Source of the DNA: Mobula hypostoma
Lineage: Eukaryota
Assembly: GCF_963921235.1 (NCBI RefSeq)
Contig: NC_086097.1
Coordinates: 2,046,001 to 2,110,000 of the forward strand
DNA: 64,000 nt
Direction: 5' to 3'
Shown: positions 46,725 to 59,739 of the stretch, in pieces
Numbering within the stretch: the first letter of the stretch is position 1
Layout: each line of letters starts with the position of its first letter
The notes under the pieces: model-generated
What the model was told of the DNA's origin: nothing
Database searches by the model: none
The model's input: the letters and a program-made list of their open reading frames with translations, nothing else
Translations under genes and position numbers: made by a program

Positions 46725-47770
46725 CAAAAGATTCCCTTTCTAGTTGGCTGCCAGTGACTAGTGGTATTCTGCATGGGTCGGTGTTAGGACCACTTCTGTA
46801 TATAAATGATTTAGATGATGGAATAGATGGCATTGTTGCCAAGTTTGCAGAAGATACGAAGATTTGTGGAAGGCAGGTACTATTGAAGAAATAGGTAGGA
46901 TGCAGAAGGACTTAGACAGATTAGGAAAATAGGCAAGAAAGTGGCAAATGAAATATAATACTGGAAATGCATAGTCATGCACTTTGGTAGTAGAAATAAA
47001 TGAGCAGACTATTTTCTAAACGGGGAGAAAATCCAGGAATCTGAGATGCAAAGGGATTCCTTGTGCAGAACACCCTGAAGGTTAACTTGCAGGTAGAGTC
47101 GGTGGTGAGGAAGGCAAATGCCATGTTAGCATTCATTTCAAGAGGCCTAGAATACAAGAGCAGGGATGTGATGTTGAGGTTTTATAAGGCACTGGTGAGG
47201 CCTCATCTTGTGTATTGTCAACAGTTTTGGGCTCCTCATCTTAGAAAAGATGCACTGACATTGGAGAGAGTTCAGAGGAGGTTCACAAGGATGATTCTGG
47301 AAATGAAAGGGTTATCAAACGAGGAACGTTTGATGGCTCTGGGTCTGTACTCACTGGAATTCAGAAGGATGAGGGGGGATCTCATTGAAACCTTTCAAAT
47401 GTTGAAAGGCCAAGACAGAGTAAATGTGGAAAGGATGTTTCCCATGGTGGGGGAGTCTAGCACAAGAGGGCACAGCCTCAGGATAGAGGGGCATCCATTT
47501 AAAACAGAGATGCGGAGAAATTTCTTCAGCCAGAGGGTGGGGAATTTGTGGAATTTATTACCACAGGCAACTGTGGAGGCCAGGTGATTGGGTGTATTTA
47601 AGGCAGAGCTTGATAGGTTCTTGATTGGATGCAGATCAAAGGTTACAGGGAGAAGGCCAGGAACTGGGGCTGAGGAGGGGAAAAAAGGATCAGCCATGAT
47701 TGAATGGCAGAGCAGACTCGATGGGCCAAATGGTCTAATTCTGCTCATATGTCTTATAGTCTTATGGTCT
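46725..47770 (+). mobile_element. CR1 3' part (older family)
   Basis: WLPVTSG, LVRPHL, FFSQRV; cttatggt tail. Confidence 0.9.
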
Positions 47771-47804
47771 AAATGCGATGTTAGCCTTCATGCTAGCATT
47801 CAAA

Positions 47805-50800
47805 TAGAGCTGTTAGGGAGGGTTTAAACTAATTTGGCAGGGGGATGGGAACCAGAGTGATAGGGCTGAGGAAGGAGAAAACAGAAATAAATCAAGGATA
47901 GCGTGCAACAGAGATGATAGAAAGGACAGGCAGGAGATAAGGCATAAGGAGATAAGGCCAGTGCTATCATGTTTGCTGTTGTGTGCTGGGGCAGCAGGCT
48001 GAGGGTAGCAGACACCAACAGAATCAACAAACTCATTCGTAAGGCCAGTGATGTTGTGGGGATGGAACTGGACTCTCTGACAGTGGTGTCTGAAAAGAGG
48101 ATGCTGTCTAAGTTGCATGCCATCTTGGACAATGTCTCCCATCCACTACATAATGTACTGGGTGGGCGCAGGAGTACATTCAGCCAGAGACTCATTCCAC
48201 CGAGATGCAACACAGAGCATCATAGGAAGTCATTCCTGCCTGTGGCCATCAAACTTTACAACTCCTCCCTTGGAGGGTCAGACACCCTGAGCCAGTAGGC
48301 TGGTCCTGGACTTATTTCCTAGCATAATTTACATATTACTATTTAACTATTTATGGTTTTATTACTATTTATTATTTATGGTGCAACTGTAACGAAAACC
48401 AATTTCCCCCGGGATCAATAAATTATGACTATGACTATGACTAATCACAGCCAGTGGGATGAGTTACAGGGCAATAGAGACATGGTGCAGTTAAAACAGA
48501 AAGCAACAAAGTACTGGACTGAAAGTGTTATATTTGAATGCAGGCAACATAGGAAATAAACTGGACAATCTTGAAATTCGGCTACAGGTTGGCAAGTATG
48601 ATGTTGTGGCCATCTCTAAAACTTGGCTAAAGGATGGCTGCCATTGGGAGATGAACGTCCAGTGATATACGGTGTATCGGAAAGATAGGGTAGTAGGCAG
48701 AGGGGGTGGTGTGGCCCTGTGTATAAGAAGTAATATTAAATCATTAGAAAGGGATGACATAGGAACGGAAAGTGTAGAGTCTCTGTGGGTTGAGTTAAGA
48801 AATGACAAGGGTAAAAGGACTGTAATGACAGTTGTATACAGGCCTCCAAACAGCAGCCAGGATGTGGATTACAAATTACAGCAGGAGATAGAAAAGGCAT
48901 GTCAGAAGGGCAATTTCATAATAATCGTTTGGGATTTTAACATGAAAGTGGATTGGGAAATCCCGGCCAGGTCTGGACCTCAAGAAAGAGAATTTGTAGA
49001 ATGTCTAGGGGACGGCTTTTTAGAACAGCTTGTTGTTGAGCCCACCGGGGATCGGCTGTGCTGGATTGGGCATTGTGCTATGATCCAGAGGTGATAAGGG
49101 AGTTTAAGATTAAGAAACCCTTAGGAAACAGTGATCTTAATATGATCGAGTTCACTTTGAAACTTGAGAAGGAGAAACTAAATTCCAAAGTGTCGGTATT
49201 TCAGTGGAATAAAGAAAATTTCAATGGCATGAAAGGGAAATTGGCCAAAGTTGACTGGAAAGGGACACTAGCAGGAAGGACAGCAGAGCAGAAATGGCTG
49301 GAGTTTCTGTGAAAAATGAGGGAAGTGCAAGACAGATATATTCCAAATAAGAAAAAATTTTTGAATGGAAGAAAGACACTACCGTGGCTGACAAGTGAAG
49401 TCAGAGCCAAAGTAAAAGCAAAAGAGAGGGCATACAAGGAAGCCAAAGCTAATGGGAATATAGAGGATTGGGAAACTTTTAAAAACTTGCAGAAGGAAAC
49501 TAAGAAGGTCATTAGGAAGGAAAAGATGAATTATGAAAAGAAGCTGGCGACTAATAACAAAGAAGATACTAAAAGCTTTTTTAAGTATATAAAGGGTAAA
49601 AGAGAGTCAAGGGTAGATATAGGACCAACAGAAAATGACTCTGGAGATATTGTAATGAGAGACGCAGAGATGGCAGAGGAACTGAATGTGTATTTTGCAT
49701 CAGTCTTCACAATGGAAGACACCTGCAGTATACCGGACATTCAAGAGTGTCAGGGAAGTGAAGTTTGTGCAGTGAAAACTATGACTGAGAAGATGCTCAG
49801 GAAGCTTAATGGTCTGAGGGTGGATAAATCTCCTGGACCTGATGGAATGCACCTTTGGGTTTTGAAGGAAGTAGCTGGAGAGATTGTGGAGGCACTAACA
49901 ATGATCTGTCAAGAATCAATAGGATCTGGCATCATACCGGATGACTGGAAAATTGCAAATGTTCTTTCACTATTTAAGAAGGGTGGGAGGCAGCAGAAAG
50001 GAAACAATAGACCAGATAGCCTGACATTAGTGGTTGGGAAGTTGTTAAAGAAGGCCTTTGACGAGGTGCCGCACATGAGGCTGCTTAGCAAGATAAGAGC
50101 CCATGGAATTACAGGGGAGTTACTATCATGGGTGGAGTATTGGCTGGTCGGCAGAAAACAGAGAGTGGGAATAAAGGGATCCTATTCTGGCTGGCTGCCC
50201 GTTACCAGTGGAGTTCCACAGGGGTCGGTGTTGGGACTGCTGCTTTTTACGATGTATGTCAATGATTTGGACTATGGTATTAAGGGATTTGCGGCTAAAT
50301 TTGCCGATGATACAAAGATAGGTGGAGAAGCAGGTAGTGCTGTGGAAATACAGAGCCTGCAGAGAGACTTAGATAGTTTAGGGGAATGGGCAAAGAAGTG
50401 GCAAATGAAATACAATGTTGGAAAGTGTATGGTCATGCACTTTGGTGGAAGAAATAAATGGGCAGACTATTATTTAGATGGGGAGAGAATTCAAAATGCA
50501 GAGATGCAAAGGGGCTTGGGAGTCCTTGTGCAAGATACCCTAAAGGTTAACCTCCAGATTGAGTTGGTTCTGAAGAAGGTGAATGCAATGTTGACATTCA
50601 TTTCTCGAGGTATAGAATATAAGAGCAGGGATGTGATGTTGAGGCTCTATAAGACACTCGTGAGACTAAACTTGGAGTATTGTGTGCAGTTTTGGGCTCT
50701 TCATTTTAGAAAGAATATACTGACATTGGAGAGCATTCAGAGAAGATTCACGAGAATGATCCAGGAATGAAAGGGTTACCGTATAAGAAGCGTCTGGCAG

Positions 50801-51228
50801 CTCTTGGGCTGTATTCCCTGGAGTTCAGGAGATTGAGGGGAGATCTCATAGAAACATTCTGAATGTTAAAAGGCTTGAACAGATTAGATATGGCAAAGTT
50901 ATTTCCCATGGTAGGGTTGTCTCGGACAAGAGGGCACGACTTCAGGATTGAAGGACGTCCATTTAGAACAGAGATGCGGAGAAATTACTTTAGTCAGAGG
51001 GTGGTAAATCTGTGGAATTTGTTGTCACGAGCAGCTGTGGAGGCCAAGTCATTGGGTGTATTTAAGGCAGAGACAGATAGGTTCTTGATTAGCCAGGGCA
51101 TCAAAGGGTATGGGGAGAAGTCAGGGAGTGGGGATGACAGGAAGAATTGAATCAGCCCATGATTGAATGGCAAGGTATAATCGATGGACTGAATGGCCTA
51201 CTTCTGCTCCTATATCTTATGATCTTAT
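47805..51228 (+). mobile_element. CR1 (older family), near-complete disrupted ORF2
   Basis: APE fragments, 484-aa ORF 49316-50770 with FADD and an internal in-frame deletion, 3' tail. Confidence 0.93.
47956..48442 (+). mobile_element. Rex1/Babar 3' end inserted in CR1
   Basis: FAVVCWGS..RINKLIRKA..SHPLH..RKSFLPVAIKLYN; (ctatga)n tail. Confidence 0.85.
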
Positions 51229-51234
51229 CTTTTG

Positions 51235-51848
51235 GTCATTTCAAGAGGACTAGAATATGAAAGCAAGGATGTAATAATGAGACTTTATTGAGCACAGGCG
51301 AGGCCTCATTTGAGGTATTGTGTGCAGTTTTGACCCTTTATCTTAGAAAGGATGTTCTGGAACTGGAGAGGGTTCAAATGAGGTTCACGAAAATGGTTCC
51401 AGGACTGAATGGCCTGTCATGTAAAGAGCTTTGATGTCTCAGGGCCTGTAATCACTGGAATTTAGAAGAATGAAGAATGACCTAATTGACACTTATCAAT
51501 TGGTGAAAGACCTTGATAAGGTGGATGAGTAGAGGAAGTTTCCAAAGAAGGACCAGAGGACACAGCATCAAAATAGACGGGCATCCTTTTAGAACAGAAA
51601 TGTGAAGGAATTTCTTTAGCCAGAGAGTGGTGAATCTTGGCAGCTGTGGAGGCCAAGTCTTTATGTGTATTTAAGGTGGAGGTTGATAGATTTTTGATTG
51701 GTCAGGGCATGTCGGGATATGTGGAGATGGCAGGAGATTGGGGCCAAGAGGAAAATTGGATCTGTCATGATGAAATGGCAGAGCAGACTTGATGGAACAA
51801 ATGGACTGATTGTGCTCCTATATCTTATCGTCTTATGGTCTTATGATT
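51235..51848 (+). mobile_element. Degraded CR1 3' end
   Basis: Parallel to 47130-47770. Confidence 0.8.
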
Positions 51849-51981
51849 GTATTGAATGCCGAGCTGTAATCGATAAACAGCAGCCTGATGTAGGTATTAC
51901 TATTGTCCAGGAGATCCAAAGCCAAGTTGAGAGCCAGTGAGGTTGCATTCAACATTCAACATTTAATATTTCAACATTCAA

Positions 51982-52785
51982 ACTTGGCAACAGAGCCATC
52001 CATTCCATCATCTAAATCATTGATATACAGCATAAAAAGAAGTGGTCCCAATACCAGCCCCTGTGAAACACCACCATTCACTGGCAACCTAGCAGAAAAG
52101 GATCCTTTCATTCCCACTCACTGCCTCCTACCAATCTGCCAATGCTCTAACAATGACAATAATACCATGGGTTCTTAACTAGGTAAGCAGCATTGTGTGT
52201 GGCATCCTGTCAAAGGCCTTCTGAAAGTCCAATCATACAACATCCACTGCATCTCCTTTAACTATCCTACATTGAGGACATGGGCCTCTGGTTCCTCTTA
52301 CTGAAGTCAATAATCAGCTCCTTGGTCTTACTAACATCGAGTAGGAGATTGTTGTTGTGGCACCACTCACCCATACTTTTAGTCTCTCTCCTATAACCTG
52401 ATTCATCACCACCTTTGATTCGGTCTATGCCAGTGGTGTCATCAGCAGACTGTGCCTAGCCTCTCAGTCATAAATGTAAAGTGAGTAGAGCAAGGGGCTA
52501 AGCACACAGCCTTGTGCTGCACTTGTATTACTGGAGATCGTGAGGAGATGTTGCCAATAAGAACTGACTGCGGTCTGCAAGTGAGGAAATCCACGATCCA
52601 GTTGCACAAGGAGATATTGAAGCCAAGGTCTTGAAGCTTATTGATCAGTTTTGAGGTTATGATATAAAGAGCATTCCAATTGAATGCCGAGTTGTAAATG
52701 ATAAAGATCATCCTGATGTATGCATCTTTGCTGTCCAGATGTCTCAGAGTTGAGTGAAGAGCCAACGAAATGACATCAGTGAGGC
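51982..52785 (-). mobile_element. CR1 RT fragment (about 51982-52270) and Rex1 RT fragment (about 52290-52785)
   Basis: gactttcagaaggcctttgac on the minus strand; ISLALHSTLRHLD..YNSAFN..LCNWIVDFLT. Confidence 0.75.
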
Positions 52786-52964
52786 TGATCAACATCTCCA
52801 CCCACTAACCCATCCCTCCATAACCCGCACCACCACTATTTTATCATCTCCTGTCAGTCACCTTATGTATAGACACTCCTGTGTCTAGAGTCACTTAATG
52901 AACATACAATCAAACTGTGGATATAAGCTATCTTATGTATTTATATTTATTGTGATTTTATTGA

Positions 52965-55900
52965 ATTTCCGGAGTTAGGAGATAAACTAAAAAGTAGGAC
53001 CACAAAGGTAATAATCTCTGGATTACTACCAGTGCCATGTGCTGGTCAGAGTAGAAATAGGAGGACATGTCAGATGAATACGTGGCTTGAAAATGGTGCA
53101 AGGGGGAGGGATTCAAATTTCTGGGGCATTGGAACCAGTCCTGGAGGAGATGGGACTAGTACAAACAGGACAGTCTGCACCTGGGCTGGACTGGAACCAA
53201 TGTCCTAGGGGGAGCGTTTGCTAATGTTGTTCAGGAGGATTTAAACTAATGTGGCAGGGGGATGGGAACAAGTGCATAGAGACAGAGGGGTGTAAAATAA
53301 GGGTAGAAGCAAAAAAGTAGTAAGGTGAAAAGTAAAAGTGGCAGGCCGGCAAATCCAGGGCAAAAATCAAAAAGGGCCACTTTTCAATACAATTGTATAA
53401 GGGCTAAGAGTGTTGTAAAAGCAAGCCTGAAGGCTTTGTGTGTCAATGCAAGGAGCATTCGTAACAAGGTGGATGAATTAAAAGTGCAGATAGTTATTAA
53501 TGAATATGATATAGTTGGGATCACAGAGACATGGCTCCAGGGTGACCAAGGATGGGAGCTCAACATTCAGGGATATTCAATATTCAGGAGGGATAGACAT
53601 GAAGGAAGGGGAGGTGGGGTGGCGTTGCTGGTTAGAGAGGAGATTAACACAATAGAAAGGAAGGACATTAGCCGAGAGGATGTGGAATCAATATGGGTAG
53701 AGCTGCATAACACTAAGGGGCAGAAAACGCTGGTGGGAGTTGTGTACAGGCCACCTAACAGTAGTAGTGAGGTTGGGGATGGTATTAAACAGGAAATTAG
53801 AAATGCGTGCAATAAAGGAACAGCAGTTATAATGGGTGACTTCAATCTACATATAGATTGGGTAAACCAAATTGGTAAGGGGGCTGAGGAAGAAGATTTC
53901 TTGGACTATATGCAGGATGGTTTTCTGAACCAACATGTCGAAGAACCAACTAGAGAGCAGGCCATTCTAGACTGGGTATTGAGCAATGAGGAAGGGTTAG
54001 TTAGCAATCTTGTCGTGAGAGTGACCATAATATGGTGGAATTCTTCATTAAGATGGAGAGTGACATAGTTAATTCAGAAACAAAGGTTCTGAACTTAGAG
54101 GGGTAACTTTGAAGGTATGAGACGTGAATTAGCTGAGATAGACTGGCAAATGACACTTAAAGGGTTGACGGTGGATATGCAATGGCAAGCATTTAAAGAT
54201 CGCATGGATGAACTACAACAATTGTTCATCCCAGTTTGGCAAAAGAATAAATCAGGGAAGGTAGTGCACCCATGGCTGACAAGGGAAATTAGGGATAGTA
54301 TCAATTCCAAAGAAGAAACATACAAATTAGCCAGAAAAAGCGGCTCACCTGAGAATTGAGAGAAATTCAGAGTCCAGCAGAGGAGGACAAAGGGCTTAAT
54401 TAGGAAAGGGAAAAAAGATTATGAGAGAAAGCTGGCAGGGAACATAAAAACGGACTGTAAAAGCTTTTATAGATATGTGAAAAGAAAAAAATTGGTTAAG
54501 ACAAATGTAGGTCCCTTACAGTCAGAAACAGGTGAATTAATCATAGGGACCAAGGACATGGCAGACCAATTGAATAACTACTTTGATTCTGCCTTCACTA
54601 AGGAGGACATAAATAATCTTCCAGAAATAGTAGGGGACCGAGGGGCTAGTGAGATGGAGGAACTGAGGGAAATGCATGTTAGTAGGGAAGTGTTGTTAGG
54701 TAACTTGAAGGGATTAAAGGCAGATAAATCCCTAGGGCCAGATGGTCTGCATCCCAGAGTACTTAAGGAAGTAGCCCAAGAAATAGTGGATGCATTAGTG
54801 ATGATTTTTCAAACTCTTTAGATTCTGGATTAGTTCCTGAGGATTGGAGGGTGGCTAATGTAACCCCGCTTTTTAAAAAAGGAGGGAGAGAGAAACCAGG
54901 GAATTATAGACCGGTTAGCCTAACATCGGTGGTGGGGAAACTGCTGGAGTCAGTTATCTGACTCTATGTGATAACAGCACATTTGGAAAGCGGTGAAATC
55001 ATCGGACAAAGTCAGCATGGATTTGTGAAATGAAAATCATGTCTGACGAATCTCATAGAATTTTTTGAGGATGTAACTAGTAGAGTGGATAGGGGAGAAC
55101 CAGTTGATGTGGTATATTTGGATTTTCAAAAGGCTTTTGACAAGGTCCCACACAGGAGATTAGTGTGCAAACTTAAAGCACACGATATTGGGGATAAGGT
55201 ATTGATGTGGATAGAGAATTGGTTAGCAGACGGGAAGCAAAGAGTGGGAATAAATGGGACCTTTTCAGAATGGCAGGCAGTGACTAGTGGGGTACCGCAA
55301 GGCTCAATGCTGGGACCCCAGTTGTTTACAATATATATTAATGACTTGGATGAGGGAATTAAATGCAGCATCTCCAAGTTTGCAGATGTCACGAAGCTGG
55401 GCGGCAGTGTTAGCTGTGAGGAGGATGCTAAGAGGATGCAGGGTGACTTGGATAGGTTGGGTGAGTGGGCAAATTCATGGCAGATGCAATTTAATGTGGA
55501 TAAATGTGAGGTTATCCACTTTGTGGTGGCAAAAACAGGAAAACAGATTATTATCTGAATGGTGGCCGATTAGGAAAAGGGGAGGTACAACGAGACCTGG
55601 GTGTCATTATATACCAGTCATTGAAAGTGGGCACGCAGGTACAGCAGGCGGTGAAAAAGGCGAATGGTATGCTGGCATTCATAGCAAGAGGATTCGAGTA
55701 TAGGAGCGGGGAGGTACTACTACTGTACAAGACCTTGGTGAGACCACACCTGGAGTATTGTGTGCAGTTTTGGTCCCCTAATCTGAGGAAAGACATCCTT
55801 GCCATAGAGGGAGTACAAAGAAGGTTCACCAGATTGATTCCTGGGATGGCAGGACTTTCATATGATGAAAGACTGGATCAACTAGGCTTGTACTCGTTGG

Positions 55901-56168
55901 AATTTAGAAGATTGAGGGGGGATCTGATTGAAACGTATAAGATCCTAAAGGGATTGGACAGGCTAGATGCAGGAAGATTGTTCCCGATGTTGGGGAAGTC
56001 CAGAATGAGGGGTCACAGTTTCAGGATAAAGGGGAAGACTTTTAGGACCGAGACGAGGAAAAACTTCTTCACACAGAGAGTGGTGAATCTGTGGAATTCT
56101 CTGCCACAGGAAACAGTTGAGGCCAGTTCATTGGCTATATTTAAGAGGGAGTTAGATGTGGTCCTTGT
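52965..56168 (+). mobile_element. CR1 LINE, young copy E (ORF1 end plus disrupted ORF2, 3' tail missing)
   Basis: Same ORF2 as copies A-D; FADV; ends at gtggtccttgt without a tail. Confidence 0.95.
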
Positions 56169-56197
56169 ATTAAGATTCAGAGGCAATCACTTGAATC

Positions 56198-56510
56198 TAG
56201 GGTGTCTTCCTATGCAGACTGGTGAGTATCTGTAATTCTGAATCATGGAGGGTAGGCAAGTGAGGGTTTTGCTCTGCCATGGCCAGTCGCAAGCCCGGCT
56301 GCGAAAGGAGAGAGGTTGGGCATGGGGCTAGTAAGTCAGTGCTGTAAAACCCAGAGACACCAGCAGAGACCGGAGACCTCATCCTGGGAGAGGAAAGATC
56401 TTCAAAGACGGGTTGCACCTTGAGACAACTTGAAAGACTAACCCAGGACAGGGCACTCGGGTGAGCTGCTATCAACAGCCTATGCCCCAGTAGGGGCAAC
56501 AGGCTTAAGG
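56198..56510 (+). mobile_element. Putative bipartite RTE-derived non-autonomous element
   Basis: 5' part gtcgcaagcccgg..aggttgggcatggggctag..gtaaaa is RTE 5'UTR-like; 3' part translates as degenerate QLERLTQDRAL..A..LCPSRG, like an RTE ORF end. Confidence 0.6.
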
Positions 56511-57949
56511 AAGGAAAAAGAGAAGCATAAGGAATTAAGAAATAGGTGCAGGAGTAGGCCATCCGGCCCATTGAGCCTGCCCCGCCATTCAATAAGATCG
56601 TGGCTGATCTGTCCGTAAACTCAGCTCCATCTATCTGCCTTTTCCCCATAATCCTTAATTCCCCTACTATGCAAAAAGTAGATAAACATTTGAAAATCCA
56701 GGAACTGGAGATCATGGGGAACTAGCACAGAAAAGAAAATATGGCCTGGGGTACATCAGCCGTGATCATATTGAATGGTGGGGCAGGCTTGAGGGGCCAG
56801 TTCCTGACCCTGTCTTAGACAATAAGACCATAAGACATTGTGGCAGAATTAAGCCTCTCTGCTCTGTCAATCCATCATGGCTGATTTTTTGAACTACCTG
56901 TATAGTACCGGTGAGATCCCAGTAGAAAACAGGGAATGCCAGGTGAGAGGTTTAGAACTGGATTGAACTCTATTCCCGATCTGTGTTTTCCTGAACTGTG
57001 TCTCCTCCTGTCCAAGTAGACTGGACTCTGCTGAGTGAGGAACATCACGCAACAGATTGAATTGTGACAGTTGACTTGTTGATGAACATAATGACCTGGC
57101 AGAAATACACCAGAGGCACTCGAGATATATTTAGCACAGTTGGCTGCTCATGTTGAAGATGCAGAGATATGCAAGCTGCTGGCGATGAGACCCACCCAGA
57201 AAGCAAAAAGCTAAAAGGAATGGTTGTTTCCTATTGATATTCTCAAACATACAACACAAATATCACCATCCTCTGTTAACTGGAGTCAAAGTTCAAAGGA
57301 AAATTTATTATCAGAGAACATTCATGTCACCACATACAACTCTGAGATTCTCTTTCCTGCGGGTATATTTGGAAATCTATAGAACAGTAACTGTAAACAG
57401 GATCAATGAACAACAAACTGTGCAAATGCAGATATAAATAAATAGCAATAAATAACGAGCATGAAATAACAAGATATAGAGTCCTAAAGGTGAGACCATT
57501 GGTTGTGGGAACACCAGAAATAGAATGAGTGTTGTTATCCCTTTTGTTAAAGAGCCTGATGGTTGGGGGGTAGTAACTGTTATTGAACCTGTTGCTGTGA
57601 GTCCTGAGGTATTTATACCTTCTACCTAACGGCAGCAGTGAGAAGAAAGCATGGCCTGGGGGGGTGAGGATCTTTGATGAGGGATGCTGCTTTTCTGTGA
57701 AATGTTTCATGTAGGTGTGGTCAATGGTTGGGAGGGCTTTACCCGTGATGTACTGGGACGGATCCACTACCGTTTGTAGGAATTTCAACTCAAAGGCATT
57801 GGTGTTCCCACACCAGGCCGTAATGCAGCCAGTCAACACACTTTCTACCACACGTCTAAAGAAGTTTGCCAAGGTTTTTGATGACATGCCGACCTCTGCA
57901 GACTCCTGAGGAAGTAGAGGTGCTATTGTGTTTTCTTTGCAATTATGTG

Positions 57950-58180
57950 TACTTTTATACTTTATACTTTATTGTTGCCAAACAATTGATACTAGAACGT
58001 ACAATCGTCACAGCGATATTTGATTCTGCACTTCCCACTCCCTGGATTACAAATTGATAGTAAATATTAAAAATTTAAATTATAAATCATAAATAGAAAA
58101 TAGAAAAATGGAAAGTAAGGTAGTGCAAAAAAACCGAGAGGCAGGTCCGGATATTTGGAGGGTACAGCCCAGATCCGGGT
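57950..58180 (-). mobile_element. Short Rex1-type 3' end insertion, sibling of 42745-43062
   Basis: Near-identical sequence from tactttatactttattg to cccagatccgggtc. Confidence 0.75.
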
Positions 58181-58644
58181 CGTACATGATGGGTACAGGA
58201 CAGGTCCTCTGTGATAGTGACACCCAGGACTTCTGGTTTCCCCCTCTTGAAGTCCACAGTCAGTTCCTTAGTCTTGCTGAATTATGACACCACTTAGCCA
58301 AATTTTCAATCTCCCTCCTGTATGCTGATTCATCACCACCTTTGATACAGTCCACAACAATGGTGTCATCAGCAAACTTGAATATGGTGATGGAGACTGT
58401 GGAGGAGATGTTTTTGCCGATCCGAACAAACAAGGATCTGCAAGGGAGGAAATCCAGGATCCAATTGCACAAAGAGGTGTTGAGGCCCAGGTCTTGGAGT
58501 TTACTGATTAGTTTTGAGGGGATGATGGTGTTAAATGCTGATCTGTAATTGATAAAGAGCATCCACATTCTATCTCTGAATATCTTTGCTGTCCAGATGT
58601 TCCAGGATTGTGTGAAAAGCCAAAGAGATGGCATCTGCTGTGGA

Positions 58645-59445
58645 ATACAGTGTTGGGAAATGTATGATAATACATTTTGGTAAAAAGAACAATAGTGCAG
58701 ACTATTATCTAAACGGGGAGAAGGTTCAAACATCAGAGGTGCAGAGGGATTTAGGAATCCTCGTTAAGACTTGTGGTTGAGTCTGTGGTAAAGAAGGCAA
58801 ATGCAATGTTGACATTTATTTCAAGGAAAATAGAAAATAAAAGCAAGGAGATAATGCTGAGGCTTTCTAAGACACTAGTCAGGCTGCTCTTGGAGTATTG
58901 TCAACAGTTTTGGGCCCCATATCACAGAAAGGATGCATTGTCATTGGAGAGGGTCCAAGGGAGGTTCACCAGGGTGATTCTGGGAATGAAGGGGTAAACA
59001 TATGAGGAGCATTTGGTAGATTTGGCCTGTACTCGCTGGATTTTAGAATGTGGTGGGACCTCATTGAAACCAATCAAATGTAGAAAGGACTAGAAAGAGT
59101 CGATGTGGAGAGGATGTTTCCTATGGTGGGGGTATCCAGAACGGAGGGCACAGCCTCAAAACTGAGGGGTGACCTTTTAGCACAGAACTAAGGAGGAATT
59201 TTTTAAACCAGCGAGTAGTGAATCTGTGGAATACTCTGCCACAGACTGCAGTGGGGGCCAGGTCCGTGCATATGTTTAACGTGGAAGTTGATAGTTTTCT
59301 AGTCAGTCAGAGCAACAAAGGATATGGCGAGAAGGCAGGTGTATGGGGTTGAGTGGGATCCGGGATCAGCCATGATGGAATGATGGAGCAGACTCGATGG
59401 GCTGAATGGCATCATTCTGCTCCTTTGTTTTATGGTCTTATGGAC
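58645..59445 (+). mobile_element. CR1 3' part inserted in Rex1
   Basis: Rex1 reads gctgtgga|cctgttg across the insertion; CR1 C-terminal motifs and tail. Confidence 0.85.
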
Positions 59446-59739
59446 CTGTTGCTGCGATAGGCAAATGTGAACAGATCCAAGTTGCCAGTCAGACAGAAAC
59501 TGATATGCTTCAACGTCGGTCTCACAAAACACTCCATCCCTGTGGATGTAAGTGCCTCTGGGTGATAGTCACTGAGGCAGGTTACCATGCTCTTCTTGGG
59601 CACCGGTACGACTGGTGCTTGCTTGAAGCAGGTGAGTGCACACACTGCCAGAGCGAGAGGGTGAAGATATTCCAGTGGCCTAGTCAACAGCAGGATGAGG
59701 CCAGAGCGACAAGATTTCTCACAGATCAGCAATACTTGT

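Larger units (their letters stand above)
57286..59690 (-). mobile_element. Rex1 LINE, degraded, carrying two insertions
   Basis: [61 protein letters not shown]; 3' tail at 57286. Confidence 0.88.
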
